Below are positions 1 to 10,062 of a stretch of DNA of 38,979 bases, piece by piece. Source of the DNA: Armatimonadota bacterium (GTDB lineage: Bacteria > Sysuimicrobiota > Sysuimicrobiia > Sysuimicrobiales > Humicultoraceae); assembly GCA_052386995.1 (NCBI GenBank), contig JBQTJP010000051.1, positions 1-38,979 of the forward strand. Direction: 5' to 3'. Each line of letters starts with the position of its first letter. The first letter of the stretch is position 1. The position numbers and the translations under genes are program-made. The notes below the pieces were generated by a model. That model saw only the letters and a program-made list of their open reading frames with translations. It was not told where the DNA came from and did no database searches.

Positions 1-680
1 AACGCGTTGGCCACCAGCGGGGGACTTCGCCACAGCACCACGTCGGTCCCCGTGCGGATCGCGGTGAGGTAGGCGTTCATGCCCCGGGATTCGCGCGCGT
101 ACGTGAGGTGCGTGTTCGACACGTAGAGGATGCCGTCGCGCTCGACCGCCCACATGACCCCCTGCGGGCCCGCCCGGCCTTTGGGGTCGACCCCAGGGGG
201 ATAGAGATAGCGCGTGAAGTCATACGCGTAGCGGTAGGTATTGCGCTCGATGTCGGCGGCGACGAGGTACCGGGCCCCGGTCGGATCGGTCCCATACACG
301 AGCAGCACGGTCCCCGACTGGCGGATCGCTTTGAGCAACGGGTGTGCCTTGTACCGTTGAGGAATCCCGGCCGGCACGGTGCCGGGCCGCTGCATGGCTT
401 GATTCGGCACCTCGTACTCGGGCAACACCAGGCCGTTGTTGCGGAACCAGTCCTCTGTATCAATGATACGGTTTCGCTTGGTAGACAGTTGCACGAGCAA
501 GCTCCGGGGAGCGCCGCCGGCCGTGCTGGCCGGGGCCGGCGTGGCGCGCACGCCGCGAAGCGACGGGGCGGGAAGGACGATGATGGCCACGTCGTCGATT
601 GTCGGTTGTGCGATCGCCGTCCAGGGAACGGCCAGGAGCCATAGACCCAGCGTCAGGGCAACGAGTTGCCTCCGCAGCAT
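1..680 (-). CDS. Secreted hypothetical protein, 3' end beyond window edge
   Basis: Not in the ORF track because it has no stop in the window. Read by hand: open frame from ATG 680 (alternative ATG 725) to the edge, MLRRQLVALTLGLWLLAVPWTAIAQ (signal-peptide-like)...ILYVSNTHLTYARESRGMNAYLTAI...VLWRSPPLVANA. GC-rich third positions; directly downstream of the glycosyltransferase. Confidence 0.8.
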   Translation of the reverse strand, partial: MLRRQLVALTLGLWLLAVPWTAIAQPTIDDVAIIVLPAPSLRGVRATPAPASTAGGAPRSLLVQLSTKRNRIIDTEDWFRNNGLVLPEYEVPNQAMQRPGTVPAGIPQRYKAHPLLKAIRQSGTVLLVYGTDPTGARYLVAADIERNTYRYAYDFTRYLYPPGVDPKGRAGPQGVMWAVERDGILYVSNTHLTYARESRGMNAYLTAIRTGTDVVLWRSPPLVANA

Positions 681-734
681 CAATGTCCATCCGAGCACGC
701 CTGCACCTCCAGCGCGAGCAAGCATCCAGCGCAG

Positions 735-2372
735 TCAGCGGTTGGTGACGAGAACCCATCCCGCGGGCATCTGCACGAGTACGCCGGGACGGAAGCGCTC
801 CTGCAAGCGCGGGAGCGAGCCGGAAGACACCAGGGCGAACACCCGGCCTTCCGTCCACGCGCGATCGAGCGCGGCGTCATCGGCAACCGCCAGCGGCACA
901 TCGAGATGATAGAACATGTACTGAGCTTCCCCATTGAGGATTCCAACGACCATCACGCGATCCCCCGGGCGATAGAGACTGTGAATCGTGGCCGCGACCC
1001 GTCGCCACGGCCAGATCCACTCCCAGGTCTGCGAGATCTGCCACTCGAGCACGCCGTACGCCAGGATCGTGCCGGCGGCCAGCGCAACCACGGCGGGCCG
1101 CCTTCTGTCCATGAGGCCGAGCGCGGCAAACGCCGTGATGGCCACGGCAAGAGCCACGAGGAAGGGAACCGCAATCGGTCGATAGACCGTGGAACCGGCG
1201 GGTCCCTGGCCGGCCAGGAACACGCCGCCCGCGATGAGGATCGGCATGCCGGCGAGCAATGACAGGAACGCCGCGGTGCGCAGCCCGCGCGGCGACCCGA
1301 GCCCGGTCACGACGGAGCGCGCAGCCAGCACGGCCAGTGGCGCGTACAGTGGGTGGAGATGCCTGTACACTTTGTCACCCGGCGACAACGAGAGCGCCAA
1401 AAGATAGAGGCCGGCCCAGAGGACGCACAGGCGAAGCGACGGTGGCCATTCCGCAAACCGCCGCCGGGCGGCCGACACCGCCCCCGGCAGAAACCCCGTC
1501 CACGGCATCATCCAAAATGCGAGCATGGGGACGTAGGCCGCGAGCGCCAGCCAGTACGGGAGCGGCGCCTGCTTCGGAGTAAAGAAGCGCCCAAGCCCAA
1601 GGGGGCCCATCAAGAAGAATGTGTTGATGAACGACATCCCCTGCCGCATCGCCCCGACGACAAACCAGGGTGCGGCGATCGCGACGCAGACCGCCGCCGC
1701 CAGGCCAATCTGCGACCAACGCCACACACCGGCACGGTCCTTTCTCACGCGCGCGAGCAGAAGGTCGGCGACCACGATCGTGACGACCGCGGCCAGGCTG
1801 AGAACGCCTTTCGTGAGCACGGCCAGCGCAACCCACAACCCCATGAGCGCCGCGTGGATGGTGTGCCCTTCCTGCCGATACCTGAGGTAGGCGTAGAATG
1901 CCAGAGCCACACACAGCGCCAGTGGGACGTCTTGCTGGGGAGCCAGGCTGAGGTAGAAGGGCTGGAACATGGTCGCCATGATCAGGGCGGCAATCAAGGA
2001 CTCCTCTTCGCCCGCGCCCAGACGGGCGATTCGATAGGTGACCATCACGAGCGCGAGAGCGGCAAGGATGTTCCACAACCTCAGCATGGCGTCGCTCGTC
2101 CCACCCAGGTGAAAGGAGAGGGCCATGAGCCAGATGCTCAGAGGTGGTTTGTCCACCATCCAGCCCGACTGGTGCCACAGGGTGAGCCAATCGCCGGAGG
2201 CCACAATGTTCTTGGCGATGCGCCCGTAGAGCGCCGAATCGCTGTGGAAGTTCGGCAGAGGCGCACCGGCAAGCATGACCAGACAGCCGGCCAGCAGCAC
2301 GACGAGCCAGGTCCGGACCCAGACCCGGCTTGTGTCCTCACTCGCCAGGAGAAACCTCTCGGCGGTGATCAT
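735..2372 (-). CDS. ArnT/PMT-like (GT-C fold) membrane glycosyltransferase
   Basis: Many hydrophobic helices; family motifs DKPPL, LTKG, APWF. Start uncertain (35-nt overlap with mog). Confidence 0.85.
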   Translation of the reverse strand: MITAERFLLASEDTSRVWVRTWLVVLLAGCLVMLAGAPLPNFHSDSALYGRIAKNIVASGDWLTLWHQSGWMVDKPPLSIWLMALSFHLGGTSDAMLRLWNILAALALVMVTYRIARLGAGEEESLIAALIMATMFQPFYLSLAPQQDVPLALCVALAFYAYLRYRQEGHTIHAALMGLWVALAVLTKGVLSLAAVVTIVVADLLLARVRKDRAGVWRWSQIGLAAAVCVAIAAPWFVVGAMRQGMSFINTFFLMGPLGLGRFFTPKQAPLPYWLALAAYVPMLAFWMMPWTGFLPGAVSAARRRFAEWPPSLRLCVLWAGLYLLALSLSPGDKVYRHLHPLYAPLAVLAARSVVTGLGSPRGLRTAAFLSLLAGMPILIAGGVFLAGQGPAGSTVYRPIAVPFLVALAVAITAFAALGLMDRRRPAVVALAAGTILAYGVLEWQISQTWEWIWPWRRVAATIHSLYRPGDRVMVVGILNGEAQYMFYHLDVPLAVADDAALDRAWTEGRVFALVSSGSLPRLQERFRPGVLVQMPAGWVLVTNR

Positions 2373-2877
2373 GGCCCCACGGGCCGCTCGTGCCTCGGAC
2401 GACCCGAACGGCGTGCGGGAGCACCGGGAGAAGTATCTCCAGCCACTCGCGTACGGCGCCCGGGCTGCCGGGGAGATTGATGATGAGCGTCTGCTTCCTC
2501 ACGCCCGCGACCGCCCGGGAGAGCATGGCCATCGGCGTGCGCGCGTGGGTGCGCGCGCGGGCGGCCTCCACCAGACCCGGTGCCAGTCGATCCACCACGG
2601 CCAGCGTGGCTTCGGGCGTCACATCGCGGGGCCCCAGACCCGACCCGCCGGTTGTGAGCACGAGCGCCACCCCGTCCTGATCCGCGTAGCGCGCCAGGGC
2701 AGCGCTGATGGCCTCCCGGTCGTCGGCCAGAACGTCCCTGCGAACGATCGTGGCCCCCTGGCTGACGAGTGCCTCAGCGATCGCATCGCCGCTCCGGTCC
2801 TCGCCGCGGCCCGCTGCGACGGTATCCGAGAGCGTCAGGATCGTGACCGGTACGCCGTCGAGGGCACCACCGCTCAC
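2338..2877 (-). CDS. mog: MogA/MoaB family molybdopterin adenylyltransferase
   Basis: [40 protein letters not shown] motifs; adjacent to moaC and moeA. Confidence 0.92.
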   Translation of the reverse strand: MSGGALDGVPVTILTLSDTVAAGRGEDRSGDAIAEALVSQGATIVRRDVLADDREAISAALARYADQDGVALVLTTGGSGLGPRDVTPEATLAVVDRLAPGLVEAARARTHARTPMAMLSRAVAGVRKQTLIINLPGSPGAVREWLEILLPVLPHAVRVVRGTSGPWGHDHRREVSPGE

Positions 2878-3380
2878 ACGTCTTCACCGGGTCGGTTGTA
2901 GACGCCGCTGCGGCCGCCACGCTTGTGCACCAGACGCACCCGCTCGATGGTCATTCCCCGGTCGACGGCCTTGCACATGTCGTAGACCGCGAGCGCCGCG
3001 ATAGCCGCCGCCACCAATGCCTCCATCTCCACGCCGGTTTGAGCCACGGTCTTCGCGGTGGCCTCGATGGACACGCCCGGCGTCTTCCGATCGGGCGTCA
3101 CCCGCACCTGCACATCGGTGAGCGGCAAGGAATGGCACAGCGGGATGAGCTCAGCCGTGCGCTTGGCAGCCATCACGCCGGCGACCTGCGCGACCGCGAG
3201 CACATCGCCCTTGGCGATCCTATTGGCCTGAATCAACCTCACCGTCTCGGGCCGCATCCTGACGATAGCACTGGCCACCGCCGCACGCGCCGTCTGCGGT
3301 TTCGCGGACACGTCCACCATGCGGCTGCGGCCAGAAGAGTCTACGTGCGTGAGCCGGCGCCTTCGTGCGCGCACACTCAC
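2874..3380 (-). CDS. moaC: Cyclic pyranopterin monophosphate synthase
   Basis: [37 protein letters not shown] motifs. Confidence 0.96.
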   Translation of the reverse strand: MSVRARRRRLTHVDSSGRSRMVDVSAKPQTARAAVASAIVRMRPETVRLIQANRIAKGDVLAVAQVAGVMAAKRTAELIPLCHSLPLTDVQVRVTPDRKTPGVSIEATAKTVAQTGVEMEALVAAAIAALAVYDMCKAVDRGMTIERVRLVHKRGGRSGVYNRPGEDV

Positions 3381-4594
3381 AGCAGGTGAACCTCGACGTC
3401 TTCGCCCTCGCCGTAGCCCGTCGACGACGCGGGCACGACCACGATGCCATCGGCACGCGCAAGCGACGTCAGGATCTGCGACCCCGCAGGCTGCGGAGAC
3501 GCCCAGAGCCCGTCGGCGCGTGCTTCCAGACGGACGCGACGATAGTCCTCCCTCGCCCCCGCTCCCGGCAGCGCAGTGGTCAGGCGCGCCCGCACCAGCC
3601 CCCAGGGCCGTGACGCCGGATCGATCCCGAGGAATGCGTCCAGCACCGGTCTCGCAAAGAGATCGAAGATCACGAGCGCCGACACCGGATTGCCCGGAAG
3701 GCCGATCACCGGGATGTCTCCGGCCGCCGCAAGCACCGTGGGCTTCCCTGGGCGCACAGCGATGCCGTGCACGATGGTCCCAGGCGGTCCCAGCGCGCCG
3801 ATCGCGTCGGCGACCACATCGCGCTCGCCGACAGACGAGCCGCCCGAGACGAGCACCATCTCGTGGCCGGCCAGCGCCCGGCGCAGCGCGGCGTCAACCG
3901 CCGAGCGCTCGTCTGGCACGATTCCGAAAAGAGTTGGAACGCCGCCCGCAGCGAGCACGGCGCCGGCCAGCGCCGGACTATTCATATCGCGCACGCGGCC
4001 GGCTTCCAGACGCGCGCCGGCAGGCACGACCTCATCGCCGGTTGCCAGGATCGCCACGCGGGGCGGAAGGACCACCTCGACGTCACCGAGCCCGACCCCC
4101 GCGAGGATGCCGAGATCCGCGGCCCGCAGACGTCTGCCGCGCCCGAGGATCACCTGACCGGCCCGCACGTCCACGCCGCGTTCAACGACGTTCTCGCCGA
4201 CCCGGACGGCCCGACGCGCGAGAATGTCCGCGCCGTCGGCATCCACATGTTCCTGCATGATGATGGCGTCTGCGCCTTCCGGCAGCATCCCGCCGGTGGG
4301 AATTCGCACCGCGCCGCCGGGCGTAACGGCAACATCGGCCGATGCGCCCATCCGAACCTCCCCCAGGCGGCGCAGCCGCACCGGCTTCTCCGACGCCGCC
4401 CCCGCGGTGTCGGCGGCGCGCACGACCCATCCGTCGACCGCGGAGCGGTCGAACGGCGGCAGATCGGTTGTTGCGGTGACGTCCGCCGCGAGGACGCGGC
4501 CGAACGCCGACAGCAGAGCCACCGACTCGCGGCCCCGGGGGGCCGGCCGCAGCGCCGCCGCGTACGCAGCCCGGGCCTCGTCAGGGGAGAGCAA
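3377..4594 (-). CDS. moeA: Molybdopterin molybdotransferase MoeA
   Basis: [51 protein letters not shown]. True start may be CTG at 4624 (see findings). Confidence 0.95.
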   Translation of the reverse strand: MLSPDEARAAYAAALRPAPRGRESVALLSAFGRVLAADVTATTDLPPFDRSAVDGWVVRAADTAGAASEKPVRLRRLGEVRMGASADVAVTPGGAVRIPTGGMLPEGADAIIMQEHVDADGADILARRAVRVGENVVERGVDVRAGQVILGRGRRLRAADLGILAGVGLGDVEVVLPPRVAILATGDEVVPAGARLEAGRVRDMNSPALAGAVLAAGGVPTLFGIVPDERSAVDAALRRALAGHEMVLVSGGSSVGERDVVADAIGALGPPGTIVHGIAVRPGKPTVLAAAGDIPVIGLPGNPVSALVIFDLFARPVLDAFLGIDPASRPWGLVRARLTTALPGAGAREDYRRVRLEARADGLWASPQPAGSQILTSLARADGIVVVPASSTGYGEGEDVEVHLL

Positions 4595-4624
4595 ACGCTG
4601 GAACGCCCTGGACGGTGCAGCCAG

Positions 4625-5815
4625 TTAGATCACTCCCAGGGCGCGTCCGGCCCGCGCAAAAACCTCAAGGGCCTGCTCCAGGTGCGCCGCGGTGTGGGCC
4701 GCGGTCACAATGGTCCGTACGCGCGCCCGGCCGCGCGGAACGGTTGGGAACGCGATGCTCACGGCAAACACACCTTCCTCGAAGAGTCTGTCGGACAGCG
4801 CTATCGTGCGCGCTTCGTCCCCGACGATCACGGGAGTGATGGGCGTCTCGCTCATCCCAGTATCGAATCCCAGGCGCCGCAGGCCTTCTTTGAACAGCCG
4901 AGTGTTGTCCCAGAGGCGGCTGATGAGCTCCGGGTGCTCCACGACCAGCCGCACGCCGGCCAGGGCCGATGCTGCAACCGACGGAGGGTGCGACGTGGAG
5001 AACAGCAGCGGCCTGGCGCGGTGCATCAACAGATCGACCAGCGACCGGCTGCCCGCCACGTACCCACCAAGGCCGGCGAACGCCTTCGAGAGCGTCCCAA
5101 CCTGAATGTGCACGCGACCGTGCACGCCGAAATGATCGACGGTCCCGCGACCATCGCGCCCGACCACCCCGCTGGCGTGCGCGTCGTCCACCATCATCAG
5201 CGCGCCGTGCTCCTCGGCGGCCTCCACCAGGGCCGGCAGCGGCGCGATATCGCCGTCCATGCTGAACACGCCGTCGGTGATCAGGAGCACGCGGCGGGCC
5301 CCCCGGGAATCCGCGAGCATGCGGCGGGCGGCGCCCACGTCCTTGTGCGGGAAGATCTTCTTCTGGGCACCGGAGAGGCGGCAGCCATCGATGATGCTGG
5401 CGTGGTTCAATTCATCGCTGACCACCACATCGTCGGAGCTCAGCAGCGCCGCCACGGTCCCGGCATTGGCCGCAAAGCCCGACTGAAAGAGCAGGGCCGC
5501 CTCGGTGCGCTTGAACGCGGCGAGCTCTGCCTCGAGGGTCTGATGGATGGCCATGTTGCCGGCGATCGTGCGGACCGCGCCCGAGCCCACACCATAGGTG
5601 GCGATCGCCTGGAGCGCGGCGGCCTTCAGCGCGGGATGGGTCGCCAATCCCAGATAGTTGTTCGAACACAGGTTGATGACCTCGCGACCATCGTAGCGGG
5701 CGACCGGCTCCTGCGGACCTTCCAGCAGGCGCGGCCAGCGCCACACGCCCTTTCCGCGCAGGTCACGGAGTTCGTCGTCGAGGAAAGCCAGCGGGTTTGC
5801 CGTCTCAGCCCTCAA
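4625..5815 (-). CDS. kbl: Glycine C-acetyltransferase / 8-amino-7-oxononanoate synthase family PLP enzyme
   Basis: NLCSNNYLGL, SDELNHASIIDG, DGVFSMDGD, VDDAH, GTLSKA (PLP Lys). TTG start behind GGAAGGTGAT. Kbl versus BioF activity cannot be separated by eye. Confidence 0.8.
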   Translation of the reverse strand: MRAETANPLAFLDDELRDLRGKGVWRWPRLLEGPQEPVARYDGREVINLCSNNYLGLATHPALKAAALQAIATYGVGSGAVRTIAGNMAIHQTLEAELAAFKRTEAALLFQSGFAANAGTVAALLSSDDVVVSDELNHASIIDGCRLSGAQKKIFPHKDVGAARRMLADSRGARRVLLITDGVFSMDGDIAPLPALVEAAEEHGALMMVDDAHASGVVGRDGRGTVDHFGVHGRVHIQVGTLSKAFAGLGGYVAGSRSLVDLLMHRARPLLFSTSHPPSVAASALAGVRLVVEHPELISRLWDNTRLFKEGLRRLGFDTGMSETPITPVIVGDEARTIALSDRLFEEGVFAVSIAFPTVPRGRARVRTIVTAAHTAAHLEQALEVFARAGRALGVI

Positions 5816-5961
5816 GGGTCACGATCACCTTCCCGGCCTCGCCGAATTCGAGCAGTTCGAATGGCCCGTGCCGTCTGCGTACCCGGGAGGATCACGTCAT
5901 GAGGGTTCGACTCTGCGCGCCGGCGACTCCTGCGGGGCTCTGGATGGCCGCCCGGGGCCGG

Positions 5962-5994
5962 GTTACGTGATCGTTACGTGCTCGTGACGGTGCC
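5962..5994. promoter_or_regulatory. Three 11-bp-period direct repeats (GTNAC-N6), candidate OmpR/PhoB-family binding site
   Basis: GTTACGTGATC / GTTACGTGCTC / GTGACGGTGCC at 5962, 5973 and 5984, upstream of an operon encoding an OmpR/PhoB-family regulator. Confidence 0.65.
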
Positions 5995-6005
5995 CGCGCA
6001 CGGGA

Positions 6006-6032
6006 GCAGGACCATTGGGTGAGGTACCGAAG
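6006..6032 (+). promoter_or_regulatory. Candidate SigH-like promoter (GCAGGA-N17-GAAG)
   Basis: GCAGGA 6006-6011, GAAG 6029-6032; the same motif precedes several other genes in the window. Confidence 0.55.
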
Positions 6033-6072
6033 CAAATTCGCCGAACCGGCGAGAGCCGACAGGAGGCGGGCG

Positions 6073-6477
6073 GTGCCCTTCCTCTATCATCCGTTCGCCG
6101 TGCATTTTCCGATCGCGCTGCTGTTGACCAGCGCTGTGTTCGACGTGGTGTACCTGTTCACGCGAGACCGTTTTTACGCCCGCGCCGCGCGACTTCTCAT
6201 CGGCATCGGCCTGCTGGGTGCCGCTGTCGCCGTCATCCTGGGGTTCGTGGACTATACGGCGCTGGTCGCGGCCGATGTGGGCCAGGCACTCGTCGACCAG
6301 CACCGCCCCCATTCCACCTTTGCTTACGCGGGCGTGGCCACCTACCTGGCAAGCTTTGTGTTACGATGGCGCCGCCCCGACCTCAACCGTGCGGTCGTGG
6401 GCATATTTCTCGTGCTGGGGGCCGGCCTGATTGCCTGGGCCACCTGGCTCGGCAGCCACATCAGAAAGGTCATGTAG
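6073..6477 (+). CDS. DUF2231-like membrane protein, paralog 1 (134 aa)
   Basis: AGGAGG-6nt-GTG start; HPFAVHFPIAL N-terminal motif, about 4 TM helices, G..D, HxxH. Confidence 0.8.
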   Translation: MPFLYHPFAVHFPIALLLTSAVFDVVYLFTRDRFYARAARLLIGIGLLGAAVAVILGFVDYTALVAADVGQALVDQHRPHSTFAYAGVATYLASFVLRWRRPDLNRAVVGIFLVLGAGLIAWATWLGSHIRKVM

Positions 6478-6496
6478 GGCATTGAGGAGGCGACAG

Positions 6497-6901
6497 GTGC
6501 CCTTTCTGTTCCACTCGCCCGTGGTGCATTTTCCCGTTGCGCTGTGGCTGACCAGCGCCCTGTTCGACATCCTCTACCTCGGCACTGCCGACCAGTTTCA
6601 CGGGCGCGCGGCGCAGTTCCTGATCGGGCTGGGATTGCTTGGCGCGGTGGTGGCCATCGTGACCGGTTTCATCGACTACCGCCCGCTTGTCGCCGAGGGC
6701 ATCGGAGATGCGTTCATCGCCCGCCATCGCGTGCACGCGGTCTTCGCGTACGCGTCGACGGTCGCGTATCTCGTGAGCTTTCTCCTCCGATGGCGTCGTC
6801 CGCTGCTCGGTCGCGCCGTGACCGCGGTCCTCCTCGTGGTCGGCGCGGCCCTCATCGGTATCACGGGCTACATCGGCGGGGAAGTCCGGGGGGCAATGTA
6901 A
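6497..6901 (+). CDS. DUF2231-like membrane protein, paralog 2 (134 aa)
   Basis: AGGAGG-6nt-GTG start; HSPVVHFPVAL, about 4 TM helices; aligns without gaps to paralog 1. Confidence 0.8.
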   Translation: MPFLFHSPVVHFPVALWLTSALFDILYLGTADQFHGRAAQFLIGLGLLGAVVAIVTGFIDYRPLVAEGIGDAFIARHRVHAVFAYASTVAYLVSFLLRWRRPLLGRAVTAVLLVVGAALIGITGYIGGEVRGAM

Positions 6902-6905
6902 CGGC

Positions 6906-7622
6906 ATGGCGCAGCGCATCCTCGTTGTCGACGACGAACCACACATCGTGGAGCTCGTGCGCTACAATCTCGTGCAGGAGGGCTACGACGTCATCATCGC
7001 GGGCGACGGCGAGGCGGCGCTGGTCAAGGCGCGGGCCGACCACCCCGACCTGATCGTGCTCGACATCATGCTGCCGGGCGCCGATGGCCTGGAAGTCTGC
7101 GGCCAGCTCAGGCGCGAGACCACGGTGCCGATCATCATGCTGACCGCCAAGAGCGGGGAGCTCGAGCGGGTTGTGGGTCTCGAGATCGGCGCCGATGACT
7201 ACGTGACGAAACCGTTCAGTCCGCGGGAGTTGATCGCGCGGGTGCGGGCCGTGCTGCGGCGCCGCGTGCGCGAGGTCGCGTCCTCGAATGCCGAGCCCGT
7301 GCAGATCGGATCCCTGCGTCTGGACCCGTTGACCCGCGAGGTCACGCTGCAAAGCCGCAAGATCGAGTTGACGGCGCGCGAGTTCGAGCTGCTGCGGCTG
7401 TTGATGCGCCATCCCAACCGCGTCTTTACCAGGGACTTTCTCCTCGAGCACCTGTGGGGATACGACTTCTCCGGCAGCACGCGCACCGTGGACATGCACG
7501 TGAGCCGCCTCCGGGAGAAGATCGAGGACGATCCATCGAAACCGACCTATATCGTGACCGTCCGCGGCGTGGGATACAAGCTGCGGGACGGCGACTCGGG
7601 ACGCAGGAGGCTGCAGGCATGA
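6906..7622 (+). CDS. OmpR/PhoB-family response regulator (PhoP-like)
   Basis: ILVVDDE, LDIMLPG (phospho-Asp), GADDYVTKPF, winged helix RTVDMHVSRLREKIE, TVRGVGY. Confidence 0.93.
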   Translation: MAQRILVVDDEPHIVELVRYNLVQEGYDVIIAGDGEAALVKARADHPDLIVLDIMLPGADGLEVCGQLRRETTVPIIMLTAKSGELERVVGLEIGADDYVTKPFSPRELIARVRAVLRRRVREVASSNAEPVQIGSLRLDPLTREVTLQSRKIELTAREFELLRLLMRHPNRVFTRDFLLEHLWGYDFSGSTRTVDMHVSRLREKIEDDPSKPTYIVTVRGVGYKLRDGDSGRRRLQA

Positions 7623-9349
7623 GAAATCCGTCGATCCGAATGCGGCTCACGGTCTCCTATCTCCTGCTGGTGCTGGTCTGTCTGGTGCCCGTGGCGATCT
7701 ACGTCACCTGGCGGCTGCAGGCCGAGTACATGGAGACCTATCGCTCGATGATCCTGATGCAGTCGCGCCTGATCGGTCGCATGCTGGAAGAGTACGCCCG
7801 CGAGGATGACACCGCTCCCGCGCGTCTCGAACGCATGACCCGCGAGTTTCGCTGGCGCACGGATGCGCTGCGGGTGCTGGAGGCCGAGGGAATCCTGGCG
7901 CTGGGCGACGCCGCGCCCCCGGAGCTGCGCCGCGCAATCATCGAAGGCCTGCCCGGAGAGTCGGTGGGAGAGGACGCCACCAGCGGGCAGGCCCGGATCT
8001 TTGCCGCGGCGCCCATTGTCGTCGACGGAAAGCCGGTCGCCGCGGTGCATGTCTCAATTCCCACGGGCTGGATCTGGATCCAGCTGCGGCGGATGATTCC
8101 TCAGCTGGGCATTGGGCTGGCGATCGGGCTGCTGGCCGCGTGGATCGTGGGGGGCCGCCTGGCACGCGGTCTCGTCGAGCCGATCGACGAGCTCACGCAG
8201 GTGGCCTCGCAGATGAGCGCGGGCGATCTCAGTCGCGCCGTGCGGCCGCGCGGGACCGATGAGATCGGCCGGCTGGGAGTGATGTTCAACCTCATGGCCG
8301 AGCGGCTCACCGGAACGATCGCCACCCTGTCGGCCGAACGGACCAAGCTCGAGACCGTGGTGTCCGGGATGGTCGACGGCGTCATTGCGACCGACCACGG
8401 CGGGAGCATCATCCTGATAAATCGCGCCGCGACCGAGCTCCTCGGCCACAACGCCTCCTCGGGACCGGCACCAGACGGACGCCTGCGGACGCTGTTGGCC
8501 GAGGCCGCGACATCCAGCCGGGTCAGCGCCGAAGAACTGCCGCCGGCCGAGGTCGGCGACCGGATCGTCGAGGTCCACTGCGCCCCAATCGCCGGCAACG
8601 GCGGCGGTCCGGTCGGCGCGGTGGCGGTGCTGCGCGACGTCACAGAATTCCGCCACATGGAGCGTCTGCGCCGCGAGCTGACCGCCAACGTGTCACACGA
8701 ACTGCGTACGCCGTTGACCTCCATCAAGGGATTTGCGGAGACGCTGTTGGGCGGCGCCATGCACGATGAGGCCACGGCCCGGCACTTTCTCGGCATTATC
8801 GACAAAGAGTCCAATCGCCTGGTGAAGCTCGTCGACGATCTGCTCGACCTCTCCCGATTGGAAGACAAGCGTGTCAGCCTCGACCTGGGTCACGTCGATG
8901 TCGGCGATCTCGTCGTCGAGACCGTCGTCAACATGCGCCCTCTCGCCGGCCCTCGCGACCTGCAGGTGGTCGTGGGTCCATCCGAGGCGGTGGCCCTCGC
9001 CGACCGCGACCGCCTGGCCCAGGTATTGACCAACCTGCTGGACAACGCGATCAAGTTCACCCCCGACGGCGGCAGGATCGCCGTGGCCTGGCGGATGCTC
9101 AACGGCGAGGTCGAGGTCTCCGTCGCCGACTCGGGTCCCGGCATCGCGGAGAAAGACCTGCCGTACGTCTTCGAGCGCTTCTACAAGGCTGATCGCGCCC
9201 GCGCGACTCCCGGCGGCAGCGGCCTTGGGCTGGCCATTACCAAGCACATCGTGGAGGCCCACGGCGGCCGAATTCGGGTCGCGAGCAAGCCGGGGGTCGG
9301 CGCCACGTTCACGTTCACGCTGCCGAGGGACGGCGACGAAGGCGGCTAG
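7619..9349 (+). CDS. Sensor histidine kinase, 2TM-HAMP-PAS-HisKA-HATPase (PhoR/WalK-like)
   Basis: ATGA overlap with the regulator; DEIGRL..FN (HAMP), [16 protein letters not shown] (H box), [29 protein letters not shown]. Confidence 0.93.
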   Translation: MRNPSIRMRLTVSYLLLVLVCLVPVAIYVTWRLQAEYMETYRSMILMQSRLIGRMLEEYAREDDTAPARLERMTREFRWRTDALRVLEAEGILALGDAAPPELRRAIIEGLPGESVGEDATSGQARIFAAAPIVVDGKPVAAVHVSIPTGWIWIQLRRMIPQLGIGLAIGLLAAWIVGGRLARGLVEPIDELTQVASQMSAGDLSRAVRPRGTDEIGRLGVMFNLMAERLTGTIATLSAERTKLETVVSGMVDGVIATDHGGSIILINRAATELLGHNASSGPAPDGRLRTLLAEAATSSRVSAEELPPAEVGDRIVEVHCAPIAGNGGGPVGAVAVLRDVTEFRHMERLRRELTANVSHELRTPLTSIKGFAETLLGGAMHDEATARHFLGIIDKESNRLVKLVDDLLDLSRLEDKRVSLDLGHVDVGDLVVETVVNMRPLAGPRDLQVVVGPSEAVALADRDRLAQVLTNLLDNAIKFTPDGGRIAVAWRMLNGEVEVSVADSGPGIAEKDLPYVFERFYKADRARATPGGSGLGLAITKHIVEAHGGRIRVASKPGVGATFTFTLPRDGDEGG

Positions 9350-10056
9350 CCGCCCAGATACGCCTTCTTTACTTCGGGATTCTCTCGCAATTCAGCCGCG
9401 GGTCCTTGAAGGATGATCTCGCCGGTCTGGAGCACGTAGGCGCGATTGGCTACACCCAGCGCCATGAACGCGTTCTGCTCCACGAGGAGCACGGTCGTCC
9501 CCGCCGCATTGATGTCGCGGACCGTCCGGAAGATCGACTCCACGAGCACCGGGGCCAGCCCCATGGACGGCTCGTCGAGCAGCAGCACCCGCGGCCGCGT
9601 CATGAGCGCCCGACCGATCGCCAGCATCTGCTGCTCCCCGCCCGAGAGCGTCCCGGCCACCTGCGTCAGGCGCTCGCGCAGACGGGGAAACAACTGCAGC
9701 ACCCGCTCCATGTCGTCATTGATACCGGCGGTATCGCTGCGCCTGAATGCGCCCATCTCGAGATTCTCGCGGACACTCAGCCGGCCGAAGATCCTTCGCC
9801 CCTCGGGCGCGTGTCCGACCCCCAGCCCGACGATCTCGTGCGCCTGGCGATGATCGATGCGCTCGCCGCCCAGGCGGATCGTCCCCTCCCGCCCGCGGTG
9901 TAGACCGGAGATCGTGCGCAGCGTCGTCGTCTTGCCCGCGCCGTTGCTTCCCAGCATGGCCACGATCTCGCGCTCGTCCACCGAGATCGACACGCCTTTG
10001 AGCGCATGAATGTGCCCGTAGTAGACGTGGAGGTCCTCGACGGTGAGCAGCGCCAC
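9346..10056 (-). CDS. livF: Branched-chain amino acid ABC transporter ATP-binding protein
   Basis: GSNGAGKTT, PEGRRIF, LSGGEQQML, LDEPSMGLAP, AYLGG. Confidence 0.93.
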   Translation of the reverse strand: MALLTVEDLHVYYGHIHALKGVSISVDEREIVAMLGSNGAGKTTTLRTISGLHRGREGTIRLGGERIDHRQAHEIVGLGVGHAPEGRRIFGRLSVRENLEMGAFRRSDTAGINDDMERVLQLFPRLRERLTQVAGTLSGGEQQMLAIGRALMTRPRVLLLDEPSMGLAPVLVESIFRTVRDINAAGTTVLLVEQNAFMALGVANRAYVLQTGEIILQGPAAELRENPEVKKAYLGG

Positions 10057-10062
10057 TGTGCG

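Noticed and set aside
3767..5902. Long antisense ORFs (711 aa here; also 15956-17638, 20780-22789, 25397-27040, 34750-36288)
   Set aside because: They lie opposite well-supported genes, have no recognisable motifs, and are expected from stop-codon scarcity at high GC.
5901..5918. GGTTCGACTC resembling a tRNA T-loop
   Set aside because: The T-stem does not pair and no cloverleaf or acceptor stem can be built.
9346..9349. Convergent kinase/livF stop codons sharing CTAG
   Set aside because: Common compact arrangement with no sign of special function.
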